Of a DNA stretch of 64,000 nucleotides, positions 10,074 to 21,415 are shown in pieces. Both the position numbers and the translations under genes were made by a program. The stretch is from an uncultured delta proteobacterium (GTDB lineage Bacteria > Myxococcota_A > Polyangia > Polyangiales > Polyangiaceae). Below the pieces are notes generated by a model that saw only the letters and a program-made list of their open reading frames with translations, did not search any database and was not told the DNA's origin. Every line of letters starts with the position of its first letter. Positions within the stretch are counted from its first letter, which is position 1. The DNA is taken from NCBI GenBank assembly GCA_963782055.1, contig CAWAIF010000003.1, positions 896,001-960,000 of the forward strand, read 5' to 3'.

Positions 10074-12746
10074 ATGCCGCGCACCAAGAAGCCCAGCGAG
10101 CTCACCCTCCACAATCTGCTCTCGCGCCTCGACCACCGCGCGGCGGTCAAGCTGCTCGGCGCGAAGGGCGAGGAGCTGCTCCGGCGAGGCGGGAAGTGGG
10201 ACGTGGCCCTCTCCGACGTGGCCCTCCAGCCCGGCGCGCTCGTCGCGTACGTGGGCGCCGCCGCGGTCACCGTCACGCAGGATCCCGCCTCGCGCGGGCA
10301 GCTCCGCGTCCGGTGCGGGACGTGCCGCTCCTGGGGCTGCACTCACGCCGCCGCCACGCTCTCCTTCGTGCTGGAGGAGAAGCTCGCGCTCGGGCTGAGC
10401 GCGGAGGCGCCGGACTCGGTGCCGCTCGAGCACCTGACGCCGGACGCGCTGATCGCGCGCGAGCTCGCCGAGCGCGCCGAGCGGGCGCGCGAGGAGAAGA
10501 TGACCGTCCAGAGCGCCGACGCGCGCCGCGCGTGGACCGACTACAGAGTCACAAGCCACGTCTCCGGCAAGACATACCGCGTGGCGCTGCGGAGCACGAA
10601 GCGCGGGGAGTCCTTCTGCTCCTGCCCGGACTTCCGCAAGAACCGCCTCGGCACCTGCAAGCACGTGCTGCGGGTGCTCGATCACGCGCGCCGCGCCTTC
10701 TCCCCCGCCGCCCTGCGCAGGCCGTACCGGCGGCGCCACGTCAGCGTCTCGGTGCGCTACGGCGAGACGGCCGACCTGGTGCTGCACGCGCCGGAGGATC
10801 TGCCCGCGGCGGCGCGCCGGATCGTCGCGCCCGTCGAGGGACGCGACGCCAATCCGGCGGACCTCCTGCGGCGCGTGGGCGAGCTGGAGCGGCTCGGGGT
10901 GGAGGTGACGATCTACCCCGACGCGGACGATCTCATCGGCCGTCGCCTCTTCGAGCGCCGCATCCGCGCGCTGGTGGCGGAGGTCCGGCGCGCTCCGGAC
11001 CGCCACCCGCTGCGCCGCGAGCTGCTCCGGCGAGAGCTGCTCCCCTACCAGCTCGACGCGGTCGCCTTCGTCGCCGGCGCGGGCCGGGCGATCCTCGCCG
11101 ACGACATGGGCCTGGGCAAGACGGTGCAGGCCATCGGCGCCGCCGAGCTGCTCGCGCGCGAGGCGGGCATCGAGCGCGTGCTGGTGGTCTGTCCGGCGTC
11201 GCTCAAGGCGCAGTGGCACGGGGAGATCGCGCGCTTCTCCGGCCGCGGCTGCGCGCTGGTGCAGGGGAGCGCGGCGGAGCGCGCCGCGCAGTACGGGAGC
11301 GCCTTCTTCACCGTCTGCAACTACGAGCAGCTCCTTCGCGATCTCGACGCGGCCGAGCGGGTGCGCTGGGACCTCATCGTGCTCGACGAGGCGCAGCGCA
11401 TCAAGAACTGGGAGGCGAAGACCAGCCGCGTGATCAAGGCCCTGCGCTCGCGCTTCGCCCTCGCCCTCACCGGCACGCCGCTGGAGAACCGCCTGGAGGA
11501 GCTGCACTCGGTGGTGGAGTTCGTCGACGACCAGCGCCTCGGCGCGACGAACACCTTCTTGCACCGGCACCGCGTCGTCGACGGGCACCGCAAGGTCCTC
11601 GGCTACAAGGGCCTCGGCGCGCTGCGCGCGCGGCTCGCGCCGGTGATGCTGCGCCGCACGCGCGCCCAGGTGCTCGGGCAGCTCCCGCCGCGCACCACCG
11701 AGATCGTGCGCATCACGCCGACGGCGGAGCAGCTCGACGTGCACGACGGCCACCTGCGGGTGGTCGCCGCCATCGTGCGCAAGCACTACCTGACCGAGAT
11801 GGATCTGCTGCGCCTGCGCAAGGCGCTCGCCGGTTGCCGCATGGCCGCCGACAGCACCGCGCTCGTCGACAGGGAGCTCCCGGGCTTCTCCAGCAAGCTG
11901 GAGGTGCTCGACGAGCTCGCGGGCCGGCTGGGCGCGGAGCAGGAGCGCAAGGTGATCGTCTTCAGCGAGTGGACCCGCATGCTCGACCTGATCGAGCCGC
12001 TCCTGCGCAAGCGACGCCTCGGCTTCGTGCGCCTGGATGGCGCGGTCCCGCAGAAGAAGCGGCAGGCGCTGGTGCACGCGTTCGACCGCGACCCCGACTG
12101 CCGCTTCTTCCTCGCGTCCAACGCCGGCGCCACCGGCCTCAACCTGCAGCGCGCCGACACCGTCATCAACGTCGACCTGCCCTGGAACCCGGCGCTGCTC
12201 GAGCAGCGCATCGCGCGGGCGCACCGCATGGGCCAGACGCGGCCCGTGCACGTCTTCGTGCTGGTGACGGAGGGGACGCTGGAGGAGAAGATGCTCGCGA
12301 CGCTCTCGGCCAAGCACGACCTGGCCCTCGCCGCCCTCGATCCGGCGTCGGAGGTGGACGCGGTGAAGCTGGAGGGCGGGATGGACGCGCTCCGCCGCCG
12401 GCTGGAGGTGCTCCTCGGCGCGGCCCCGGAGGCGCCGCCGGACGAAAGCGCGAAGGTCCGGGCGGCCACGCCCGACGGCGATGAGCGCGACGCGCGCGTG
12501 GCCAAGGCGGCGAGCGACATGCTGCGCTCCGCCTTCGCCCTGGTCGCCGAGATGCTCCCCGACGCGCCGGAGTCGAAGGAGGCGCGGGAGGTGCTCGACC
12601 TGCTGCGCGGCAGCACCGTCGCGGCGCACGGCCGCGACGGCGACGGCCGCATCCGCCTCGCGCTCACCCTGCCGGCGGTGGGAGAGCTTGCTGCGAGCGA
12701 CGCCGAGGGCGTGGGTCAGAGCGCCTCCAGCAGGCGAATCAGCTAG
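10074..12746 (+). CDS. SNF2-family helicase with SWIM zinc finger(s)
   Basis: CSCPDF...CKH, LADDMGLGKT, DEAQ, LTGTPLEN, GATGLNL, QRIARAHRMGQ. Confidence 0.92.
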   Translation: MPRTKKPSELTLHNLLSRLDHRAAVKLLGAKGEELLRRGGKWDVALSDVALQPGALVAYVGAAAVTVTQDPASRGQLRVRCGTCRSWGCTHAAATLSFVLEEKLALGLSAEAPDSVPLEHLTPDALIARELAERAERAREEKMTVQSADARRAWTDYRVTSHVSGKTYRVALRSTKRGESFCSCPDFRKNRLGTCKHVLRVLDHARRAFSPAALRRPYRRRHVSVSVRYGETADLVLHAPEDLPAAARRIVAPVEGRDANPADLLRRVGELERLGVEVTIYPDADDLIGRRLFERRIRALVAEVRRAPDRHPLRRELLRRELLPYQLDAVAFVAGAGRAILADDMGLGKTVQAIGAAELLAREAGIERVLVVCPASLKAQWHGEIARFSGRGCALVQGSAAERAAQYGSAFFTVCNYEQLLRDLDAAERVRWDLIVLDEAQRIKNWEAKTSRVIKALRSRFALALTGTPLENRLEELHSVVEFVDDQRLGATNTFLHRHRVVDGHRKVLGYKGLGALRARLAPVMLRRTRAQVLGQLPPRTTEIVRITPTAEQLDVHDGHLRVVAAIVRKHYLTEMDLLRLRKALAGCRMAADSTALVDRELPGFSSKLEVLDELAGRLGAEQERKVIVFSEWTRMLDLIEPLLRKRRLGFVRLDGAVPQKKRQALVHAFDRDPDCRFFLASNAGATGLNLQRADTVINVDLPWNPALLEQRIARAHRMGQTRPVHVFVLVTEGTLEEKMLATLSAKHDLALAALDPASEVDAVKLEGGMDALRRRLEVLLGAAPEAPPDESAKVRAATPDGDERDARVAKAASDMLRSAFALVAEMLPDAPESKEAREVLDLLRGSTVAAHGRDGDGRIRLALTLPAVGELAASDAEGVGQSASSRRIS

Positions 12747-12761
12747 CCAGGACCCTGCACC

Positions 12762-13922
12762 TCACGGCAGCGGCGCGAGCTCCGGGATGTCGCGCGCCGG
12801 CATCGCGCGGACGAGCGGGCGCTTGCGCCACGTCCACGCCCGCTCGCCCGCGTGGACCACGGTGAGCGAATCGAGCCGGAGGTCCGACAGCGCGCTCTGC
12901 ATGGATGGCGTGACGCGCGGCGCGGCGGTGTGCTTGATCTCGAAGCCGTGCCGCCGACCGCCCCGCACGACGAGCAGGTCCAGCTCGGCGCCCGTGTGGG
13001 TGCGCCAGAAGTGACAGTCCTCGTCGCGTGCGCCGAGCTGGGCGATGAGCTGCTCGATGCAGAAGCCCTCGAACGAAGCGCCCCGCTTCGGGTGACCACC
13101 GAGCTGCCGGAAGTCCTGGATGTCGAGCAGCGCGTGAAGCAGGCCGGAGTCCCGGACGTAGACCTTCGGAGACTTCACCTGTCGCTTGGAGACGTTCTCG
13201 AACCACGGCGGGAGGACGCGCACCATGAAGGTCGCCGCGAGCACGTCGACGTAGTGGCGCACGGTGTGGTCGGTCACGCCCATCGACCGGCCGAGCTCCG
13301 AGTGGTTGAGCACGTTCCCGTGCACGTGCGCGAGCATCATCCACATCCGGCGCAGCGCGGGCGCCGCGATGCGGAGACCGAGCCCGGGCACGTCCCGCTC
13401 GAGGAAGGTCCGGACGAACTCGCGCCGCCACCGCATGCTGGCGCGGGGGGCGGCGAGGAACGACCGCGGGAAGCCTCCTCGAACCCAGAGATCGTTGGCG
13501 CGCTCGGGACCGACCTCTCCGAGCGAGAGCCCCGGCAGGGGGTAGTACGCGATGCGCCCGGCGAGCGACTCGGACGACTGCCGGAGCAGCGAAGCGCTCG
13601 CGCTGCCGAGGACGAGGAAGCGCGGGCCGCGGGGGCGGTCCACCAGCGTCCGGAGCAAGGAGAAGAGACCGGGCCGGTGCTGGACCTCGTCGATCACCAC
13701 CAACCCCCGGAGGTACTGCCCGGCGGTGCTGAGGTCTTCGAGGAGCACGGCGTCCGCGGGCTGCTCGAGGTCGAGGAAGGTCTTGGTCGTGCTCCGCTGC
13801 GCGTCGAAGATCCTTCGCGCGAGGGTGGTCTTCCCCACCTGCCGGGCCCCGACAATCGCGACCACGGGGAACTCCCGCATCAGGGCGCGTAGGGCGCGCA
13901 GGTGCCGCGGTCGCTCGAGCAT
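12762..13922 (-). CDS. AAA_14 ATPase with DUF4143 domain
   Basis: GARQVGKT, IDEVQ, LGSAS, ESLAGR, RGGFP, KSPKVYVRDSGLL, ELDL...FEIK. Confidence 0.9.
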   Translation of the reverse strand: MLERPRHLRALRALMREFPVVAIVGARQVGKTTLARRIFDAQRSTTKTFLDLEQPADAVLLEDLSTAGQYLRGLVVIDEVQHRPGLFSLLRTLVDRPRGPRFLVLGSASASLLRQSSESLAGRIAYYPLPGLSLGEVGPERANDLWVRGGFPRSFLAAPRASMRWRREFVRTFLERDVPGLGLRIAAPALRRMWMMLAHVHGNVLNHSELGRSMGVTDHTVRHYVDVLAATFMVRVLPPWFENVSKRQVKSPKVYVRDSGLLHALLDIQDFRQLGGHPKRGASFEGFCIEQLIAQLGARDEDCHFWRTHTGAELDLLVVRGGRRHGFEIKHTAAPRVTPSMQSALSDLRLDSLTVVHAGERAWTWRKRPLVRAMPARDIPELAPLP

Positions 13923-13938
13923 GCGGCACGGTAGCACC

Positions 13939-13971
13939 ATGAACTATCGTAGTCTATCTACGAGATTTCAT
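13939..13971. promoter_or_regulatory. AT-rich imperfect inverted repeat, candidate operator
   Basis: ATGAActaTCGTAG-tctat-CTACGAgatTTCAT; the arms match at 12 of 14 positions. Confidence 0.45.
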
Positions 13972-14102
13972 GGCCGCCCGGCGCGCTCGCCGCGACCTCC
14001 GCCCCGCTCCGCCCGAGCCCCCGCCGCAAGCTGCGCCGATGCGCAGTGGGCGCCAACCGTGCTCCCGCTTCAATCCGCCCGGTCGCGCACGCTGGAGCAG
14101 CG

Positions 14103-14139
14103 CCGCCAATATTGGCGGTCCTGACCGCCAATATTGGCG
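14103..14139. repeat. Palindrome doublet CCGCCAATATTGGCG(G), 22-bp period
   Basis: Copies start at 14103 and 14125, just upstream of the cas4/1 RBS (GGAGG). Confidence 0.85.
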
Positions 14140-14155
14140 AGCACGGAGGCCCCGC

Positions 14156-15889
14156 ATGTCCACGTCCAGCTCCCCCAGCGCTCCTCCCGCAGCGCCCACC
14201 GAGGCGCGCGCCAAGTCGCTCCCCCTCGCGCCGTCCGAGCCGCCCGCGCTCGTGCCCGCGCGGATGGTCAACGAGCTGCTGTACTGCGAGCGCCTCATGG
14301 CGCTCGAGTGGGTGCAGCGCGAGTTCACCGACAACGCCTTCACCCTCGAGGGGCGGTTCGTGCACTCTCGCGCCGACGAGCCGCGGGGCAAGCTCGCGGC
14401 GCCCGGGCCGGTGGAGGTGCCCTACCAGGCGCGGTCGGTGTGGCTCTCGTCCGCCGAGCTGGGCCTCACCGCGAAGATCGACGTGGTGGAGGGGGACGCC
14501 GCGGGCACGGTCATCCCCATCGAGTACAAGCGCGGCAAGCCGCCGGACCTGCCGGAGGGCGCGTACCTGCCCGAGCGCGCGCAGCTCGCCGCGCAGGTCA
14601 TGCTGCTGCGCGCGCACGGCCACGCGTGCGATCACGGAGAGATCTACTTCGCCGCGGCGAAGCGTCGCGTGCGCATCGAGATCGACGAGGCGCTCGTGCA
14701 GACGGTGAAGGACGCGGTCGCGCGCGCCCGCGAGCTCGCCCGCTCCGAGGACCTGCCGCCGCCGCTGGTCGATAGCCCCAAGTGCAACGGCTGCTCCCTC
14801 GTCGGGATCTGTCTGCCCGACGAGACCAACCTCCTGCGCGAGGCGGAGCCATCCCCTGCGCCGATCCGACAGCTCCTGCCCGCGCGCGACGATCGGCTGC
14901 CGCTCTACGTCACCGAGCCCGGCGCGCGGGTGGGCGTCGACGGCGAGGAGCTGGTGGTCCACGGCAAGGAGGGCAAGACGCGCGCGCGCATCCCGGACAC
15001 CTCCCACGTCTCCCTCTTCGGCAACGTGCAAATCTCCGCTCAGGCGCTGCGCAAGCTCTTCGAGCGGGAGATCGGGGTGAGCTTCCTCTCCTCCGGGGGC
15101 TGGCTCTACGGGCGCGCGGAGGGCCTGCCGTCCAGCAACGTGGCGCTGCGCATGGCCCAGCACCGCGCGGCGGCGGACCCCGCGACGTGCCTGCGCCTCG
15201 CGCGCGCCTTCGTGGAGGCGAAGATACGCAACCAGCGCACCCTGCTGCGGCGCAACCACCCGGAGCCGCCGCAGGTCACCCTCTTCGAGCTGGAGCAGTT
15301 CGCGCGCAAGGCGCGGGACGCCGAGCGCGTCGAGAGCCTGCTCGGGATCGAGGGCACCGCGGCGCGGGCCTACTTCGGCGCTTTCAGCGGGATGCTCAAG
15401 GGGCCGCAGGCCGCGTGCTTCGACCTCGACGGCCGCAACCGCCGGCCGCCGCGGGATCCGGTCAACGCCCTGCTCTCCTTCGCGTACGCCCTCCTCGCGC
15501 GGGATCTCACCCTCGCGCTCGGGGACGCGGGCCTGGACCCGATGGTGGGCTTCTACCACCGCCCGCGCTTCGGCCGCCCGGCGCTGGCGCTGGACATGAT
15601 GGAGGAGCTGCGCCCCATCGTCGCCAACTCCGTCGTCGTCACCGCGATCAACACCGGCGTCATCGGAGAGGGCGACTTCCTCGACCGCGGCGGCGCCGGG
15701 GTGAGCCTGACGCCCGCGGGTCGCAAGGCGATGGCCCTCGCCCACGAGCGCCGCCTCGATCAGCTCGGCACCCACCCCGTCTTCGGCTACCGCATCAGCG
15801 CCAAGCGCATGCTCGAGGTCCAGTCGCGCCTGCTCGGGCGCTTCCTGCTCGGGGAGATCCCCGAGTATCCCCAGCTCCGCCCGAGGTGA
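14156..15889 (+). CDS. cas1: Cas4/Cas1 fusion (type I-G)
   Basis: Cas4 part: YCER, KID, EYKRG, CNGCSLVGIC. Cas1 part: LLGIEG.AA..YF, RRPPRDPVNALLSFAY, GFYH, ALDMMEELRP. The frame is intact. Confidence 0.96.
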   Translation: MSTSSSPSAPPAAPTEARAKSLPLAPSEPPALVPARMVNELLYCERLMALEWVQREFTDNAFTLEGRFVHSRADEPRGKLAAPGPVEVPYQARSVWLSSAELGLTAKIDVVEGDAAGTVIPIEYKRGKPPDLPEGAYLPERAQLAAQVMLLRAHGHACDHGEIYFAAAKRRVRIEIDEALVQTVKDAVARARELARSEDLPPPLVDSPKCNGCSLVGICLPDETNLLREAEPSPAPIRQLLPARDDRLPLYVTEPGARVGVDGEELVVHGKEGKTRARIPDTSHVSLFGNVQISAQALRKLFEREIGVSFLSSGGWLYGRAEGLPSSNVALRMAQHRAAADPATCLRLARAFVEAKIRNQRTLLRRNHPEPPQVTLFELEQFARKARDAERVESLLGIEGTAARAYFGAFSGMLKGPQAACFDLDGRNRRPPRDPVNALLSFAYALLARDLTLALGDAGLDPMVGFYHRPRFGRPALALDMMEELRPIVANSVVVTAINTGVIGEGDFLDRGGAGVSLTPAGRKAMALAHERRLDQLGTHPVFGYRISAKRMLEVQSRLLGRFLLGEIPEYPQLRPR

Positions 15890-15893
15890 GGAC

Positions 15894-16184
15894 GTGCGAC
15901 AGGCCTACATCGTCACCTACGACGTCTGCGATCCCAAGCGCCTGCGGCGCGTCTACAAGCTGATGAGGGGCTTCGGACGCCACCTCCAGCTCTCGGTCTT
16001 CCACTGCGAGCTGGACGCCGCCCGGCGCATCGAGCTCATGGCGCGCCTCTCGAGGGAGATCAACCACGAGGAGGACCAGGTCCTCTTCGTGGACATCGGT
16101 CCCGCGAGCGGCCGGGCGCTCGAGTCGGTCGAGTCGGTGGGCAAGGCGTACGTGCCGCGGGTTCGCGGTGCAATCGTCGCCTGA
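15894..16184 (+). CDS. cas2: CRISPR-associated endonuclease Cas2
   Basis: YIVTYDVCDPKRLRRV...HLQLSVF; 96 aa; follows cas1. Confidence 0.96.
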   Translation: MRQAYIVTYDVCDPKRLRRVYKLMRGFGRHLQLSVFHCELDAARRIELMARLSREINHEEDQVLFVDIGPASGRALESVESVGKAYVPRVRGAIVA

Positions 16185-16415
16185 GCGGACGTATGATGGC
16201 TCCCACGCGTCGTCACGATCCCCCCTGCGAGCGGTCCGGTGACGCGCCGCTCCCGGGACCCGCTCGCAACGCCCGCCGGCTCCTTGAAATCCCGGATGTT
16301 CCATTCGCTCGCGGCGAGCCGACCCGCGCCGGCGGCCTCCCGTTCACGGGGGCCGACGGAGGCTCTCGCGAGAACGTACCGGACCCCGCGGAATCCTTCG
16401 GGACCTGCGCGGTCA
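16185..16415 (+). promoter_or_regulatory. CRISPR leader
   Basis: Non-coding stretch between cas2 and the first repeat; contains the inverted repeat TGCGAGCGG...CCGCTCGCA. Confidence 0.7.
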
Positions 16416-19400
16416 GTCTTCCGCCGCGATGAGCGGCGGCCCCATTGAAGCTCGCCGCGCGTCATGGCCCGCGCCGTGAACCGGAAGACGTCTTCCGCCG
16501 CGATGAGCGGCGGCCCCATTGAAGCAGCTCAACTCGTACGCGTCCCTCGCCGCGTCCTCTTGTCTTCCGCCGCGATGAGCGGCGGCCCCATTGAAGCCTG
16601 CAGCGCGATGCGGTACACGACCGCGGCCGCTGGTCTTCCGCCGCGATGAGCGGCGGCCCCATTGAAGCCTGATCTTGATCCGTGTAATATGCATGCGTCT
16701 ACCCTCGTCTTCCGCCGCGATGAGCGGCGGCCCCATTGAAGCTCCCTCTTCGCCGCGCGCGTCATCCGTCGTCGCCCTCGTCTTCCGCCGCGATGAGCGG
16801 CGGCCCCATTGAAGCGTCGTCCCGATGAACGCGAGCTGCCTGGGTACGTCGATGTCTTCCGCCGCGATGAGCGGCGGCCCCATTGAAGCGCAGCAGATTG
16901 CGCGATGGCCGCTACTGGCCATCTGGCGTCTTCCGCCGCGATGAGCGGCGGCCCCATTGAAGCAGGCCCTGCAACGCGGCCACCGTTGCCGCGGCGACGC
17001 CGGGTCTTCCGCCGCGATGAGCGGCGGCCCCATTGAAGCAACGCGCTGTTCCCCGAGTACGTCCAGGACGTCGGCAGTCTTCCGCCGCGATGAGCGGCGG
17101 CCCCATTGAAGCGGTGGCGTCGCGGATGGGGGGCGACGTGCCTAGAGCGGTCTTCCGCCGCGATGAGCGGCGGCCCCATTGAAGCAAGTCGCCGCCGGAG
17201 GTTCGAACGCCGGTGAGGTGTCTTCCGCCGCGATGAGCGGCGGCCCCATTGAAGCAGGAGGCGGTCTTTCATCGGTATCTGCCGAGCAGCTCGCGCGTCT
17301 TCCGCCGCGATGAGCGGCGGCCCCATTGAAGCTGGGTGATGTTGGCGCTCGCGACGGGCGGCGAGACCGTGTCTTCCGCCGCGATGAGCGGCGGCCCCAT
17401 TGAAGCGCCACGCAGGCCGTCAGTAGCACCACCATTACGCGCGTCTTCCGCCGCGATGAGCGGCGGCCCCATTGAAGCCGCATTTGTCGCAGATCATCTC
17501 TCGGCTCTCCTCTCGTCTTCCGCCGCGATGAGCGGCGGCCCCATTGAAGCTGAGGCAATGGGCGCTCGGTCGCCAGGGGAGGGTAGGGCGAGTCTTCCGC
17601 CGCGATGAGCGGCGGCCCCATTGAAGCCGAGGATCCTTGTGAGCTGCGATGGCGCCGAGAATGGCAGGTCTTCCGCCGCGATGAGCGGCGGCCCCATTGA
17701 AGCGGCCCGACTGGCGGCGACGGAGGCAACGGCAACGCCTCGTCTTCCGCCGCGATGAGCGGCGGCCCCATTGAAGCCGCGGGAGATCCCCAGCGTGAGA
17801 CGAGCGCCGCGGCCATCACGTCTTCCGCCGCGATGAGCGGCGGCCCCATTGAAGCGTGACCGATTTCGCCGTGTCGCCACTCTGGACGTTGCCGAGTCTT
17901 CCGCCGCGATGAGCGGCGGCCCCATTGAAGCATCACGGTCGCTTCTGGACCTGTACACGCACCAGCGTCTTCCGCCGCGATGAGCGGCGGCCCCATTGAA
18001 GCCGTTGAAACAACCGAAGCTCGGGTCACACTCGCCACACGTCTTCCGCCGCGATGAGCGGCGGCCCCATTGAAGCGCGCTCCACGCTCGATGCGTACTC
18101 GGAACCGGTGCAGCGTCTTCCGCCGCGATGAGCGGCGGCCCCATTGAAGCGCGACGCCGAGGCGCTGACCCGTCAGGCGAACCGACGCGTCTTCCGCCGC
18201 GATGAGCGGCGGCCCCATTGAAGCGCGCGACGTCGCGATGCTCGGCCGCGTGCGACGCTGCGGGTCTTCCGCCGCGATGAGCGGCGGCCCCATTGAAGCG
18301 CGATTCGCGCCAGGTGCGCGCGGGCAGCCTCGACGAGCATCGGGTCTTCCGCCGCGATGAGCGGCGGCCCCATTGAAGCACGTAGGTCCCCATCGCCTCG
18401 AGCTGCCGCCAGCGGCGTCTTCCGCCGCGATGAGCGGCGGCCCCATTGAAGCTGAGCCAGTAGCGCGCTCGGTCGACGACGCGAGGCTAGGTCTTCCGCC
18501 GCGATGAGCGGCGGCCCCATTGAAGCCCGATCGGCGTTGGGTCGAGCCGCCGGGCCCACGCGCGCGTCTTCCGCCGCGATGAGCGGCGGCCCCATTGAAG
18601 CGCATCGGTCGGCGATCGCGATCGCCGGCGAGCGGCACGGCGGGGTCTTCCGCCGCGATGAGCGGCGGCCCCATTGAAGCACGGTCCATCGAGCTCGCGC
18701 TGACGTCAGCGGCGGGACGATGTCTTCCGCCGCGATGAGCGGCGGCCCCATTGAAGCGTCGCGCGTCAAGAACTCGGCCGGCATGCGAGTGCGCGCGTCT
18801 TCCGCCGCGATGAGCGGCGGCCCCATTGAAGCACGATCGCGCCGGTGAGCGTGGCAGTCGAACCGGCGTCGTGTCTTCCGCCGCGATGAGCGGCGGCCCC
18901 ATTGAAGCACGTCGGCTTCAATCGCCAAAGGGCTAAGTCGGCGCGGCGTCTTCCGCCGCGATGAGCGGCGGCCCCATTGAAGCCGTCCACCGCTCAGGAT
19001 GGGTCTTCCGCCGCGATGAGCGGCGGCCCCATTGAACTCGCCGTCGGTGAGCCGCAGCCGTCTTCCGCCGCGATGAGCGGCGGCCCCATTGAAGCCCCCG
19101 TTACCCGGTCGGCACCACCTACCGCCCCAAGTCTTCCGCCGCGATGAGCGGCGGCCCCATTGAAGCGACTCCACCGCCGCGGGCTACGTCGTGCAGGGCA
19201 AGGTCTTCCGCCGCGATGAGCGGCGGCCCCATTGAAGCTCCAGCCTGGCGCGCTCCTCCTCGGCCCCGCGGCGAGTCTTCCGCCGCGATGAGCGGCGGCC
19301 CCATTGAAGCGCGCCAGAGAGAGGAGGAGATCATCGCGTCCCCCTCGTCTTCCGCCGCGATGAGCGGCGGCCCCATTGAAGCCTCCTGGTACCTGGCGTG

Positions 19401-21415
19401 CGAGGAGATCGCGCCCGAGTCTTCCGCCGCGATGAGCGGCGGCCCCATTGAAGCGCCATCGGCCCGGATCCCGCCGCCGACGGCGGGACGGAGTCTTCCG
19501 CCGCGATGAGCGGCGGCCCCATTGAAGCCCGGACCTGCTGGCTGACGCCGCGGAGGAGCTCGAGTCTTCCGCCGCGATGAGCGGCGGCCCCATTGAAGCC
19601 GGCCCACCACGGCGTTCTGGGCCCGGGCCTTCGCGGTCTTCCGCCGCGATGAGCGGCGGCCCCATTGAAGCCCGGCCCGCTGGGCGTCCATCTGCGCCGT
19701 GGCCTGCGTCTTCCGCCGCGATGAGCGGCGGCCCCATTGAAGCGCGCCGTTGAGCTCGTCCCAGCCGGCCGCGAACGCCTCGTCTTCCGCCGCGATGAGC
19801 GGCGGCCCCATTGAAGCCGGCGTGGCCAGCTCCTCGGCGCCCAGAACCGCCGGACGTCTTCCGCCGCGATGAGCGGCGGCCCCATTGAAGCGTCGAACGG
19901 AAGAGCATGGCCGGCGGCCTTCTCGCGGGTCTTCCGCCGCGATGAGCGGCGGCCCCATTGAAGCAGGGGCGTTAGGGCCGTAAGCCCGTCGTTCGCGTCG
20001 GTCTTCCGCCGCGATGAGCGGCGGCCCCATTGAAGCAGCAGCTCGAAGATCACGTTTTGCAAGTTCCCGGCGCGTCTTCCGCCGCGATGAGCGGCGGCCC
20101 CATTGAAGCCACGCCAGCTTGGAGCACCCCGGAGTAGTCACCAGTGTCTTCCGCCGCGATGAGCGGCGGCCCCATTGAAGCCTCGACGTCGTGGCTGTGA
20201 TCGACGCAGCGATCCCCGGGTCTTCCGCCGCGATGAGCGGCGGCCCCATTGAAGCACGTGACGCTCGCCGTCGCGATCATCGGCGGGCTCGTGGTCTTCC
20301 GCCGCGATGAGCGGCGGCCCCATTGAAGCGCCAAAGGTGGCGATCCATGACCAACGTGACGACGTGGGTCTTCCGCCGCGATGAGCGGCGGCCCCATTGA
20401 AGCGCTCGTGTGGCGGCACTGTCCGATCGGCGTCCCGCACGTCTTCCGCCGCGATGAGCGGCGGCCCCATTGAAGCTTCGCCAGGGCCGCGGCGACGTCG
20501 GAGAACTGGATCCCGTCTTCCGCCGCGATGAGCGGCGGCCCCATTGAAGCCAGACCGCGCCGGTGCCCACGTGTCCCGTGCCGGGAGTCTTCCGCCGCGA
20601 TGAGCGGCGGCCCCATTGAAGCGGCACGTGGCTGAGTGCCGTACGCGCGCAGTCGCACGGTCTTCCGCCGCGATGAGCGGCGGCCCCATTGAAGCCGGCG
20701 GGCGACCCGGCGACCGGACGCCGTCCTTCTGCGCGAGTCTTCCGCCGCGATGAGCGGCGGCCCCATTGAAGCGACAGCGCGTAGTTGGTGGCGGCGAGCG
20801 AGCCCTCGAGGTCTTCCGCCGCGATGAGCGGCGGCCCCATTGAAGCGATGGGCACGTCCATCCTGAACGTCGCATCTCGCGCGTCTTCCGCCGCGATGAG
20901 CGGCGGCCCCATTGAAGCGAGCCCCGCAAGCGCGAGCAGACGGTGCGCTACCTCGTCTTCCGCCGCGATGAGCGGCGGCCCCATTGAAGCCCGCGTCTCG
21001 ATGAGCGGCCGCAGGCGTACTTCGCGGGTCTTCCGCCGCGATGAGCGGCGGCCCCATTGAAGCGGGCTCCGGGGGCCCTTTTGCGCGCCGGTCGCGCGCA
21101 GTCTTCCGCCGCGATGAGCGGCGGCCCCATTGAAGCTCCACGCGCAGCCGCTTGGCCCTGGCCCATCGACTCGTCTTCCGCCGCGATGAGCGGCGGCCCC
21201 ATTGAAGCCTCGGCGCCTGTCGCCGCCATGCGGCACAGCGCGTGGTCTTCCGCCGCGATGAGCGGCGGCCCCATTGAAGCTCGGCAGCCGATGCCGCGCG
21301 CACCTCGGCAACGGGGTCTTCCGCCGCGATGAGCGGCGGCCCCATTGAAGCGTCGTCGTCGTCTTCTTGGTCTTCATGTTGTCCTCCAGGTCTTCCGCCG
21401 CGATGAGCGGCGGCC
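16416..21415 (+). CRISPR. CRISPR array: 69 repeats (last one truncated) and 68 spacers; repeat GTCTTCCGCCGCGATGAGCGGCGGCCCCATTGAAGC (36 bp)
   Basis: Counted by hand. The repeat has a 7-bp stem (CCGCCGC/GCGGCGG) and an ATTGAAGC 3' end. Spacers are 34-44 bp except two of ~19 and ~22 bp. Confidence 0.98.

Noticed and set aside
16452..21389. Self-targeting or duplicated spacers
   Set aside because: None noticed by eye within the window; an exhaustive alignment was not possible, so this is not excluded.
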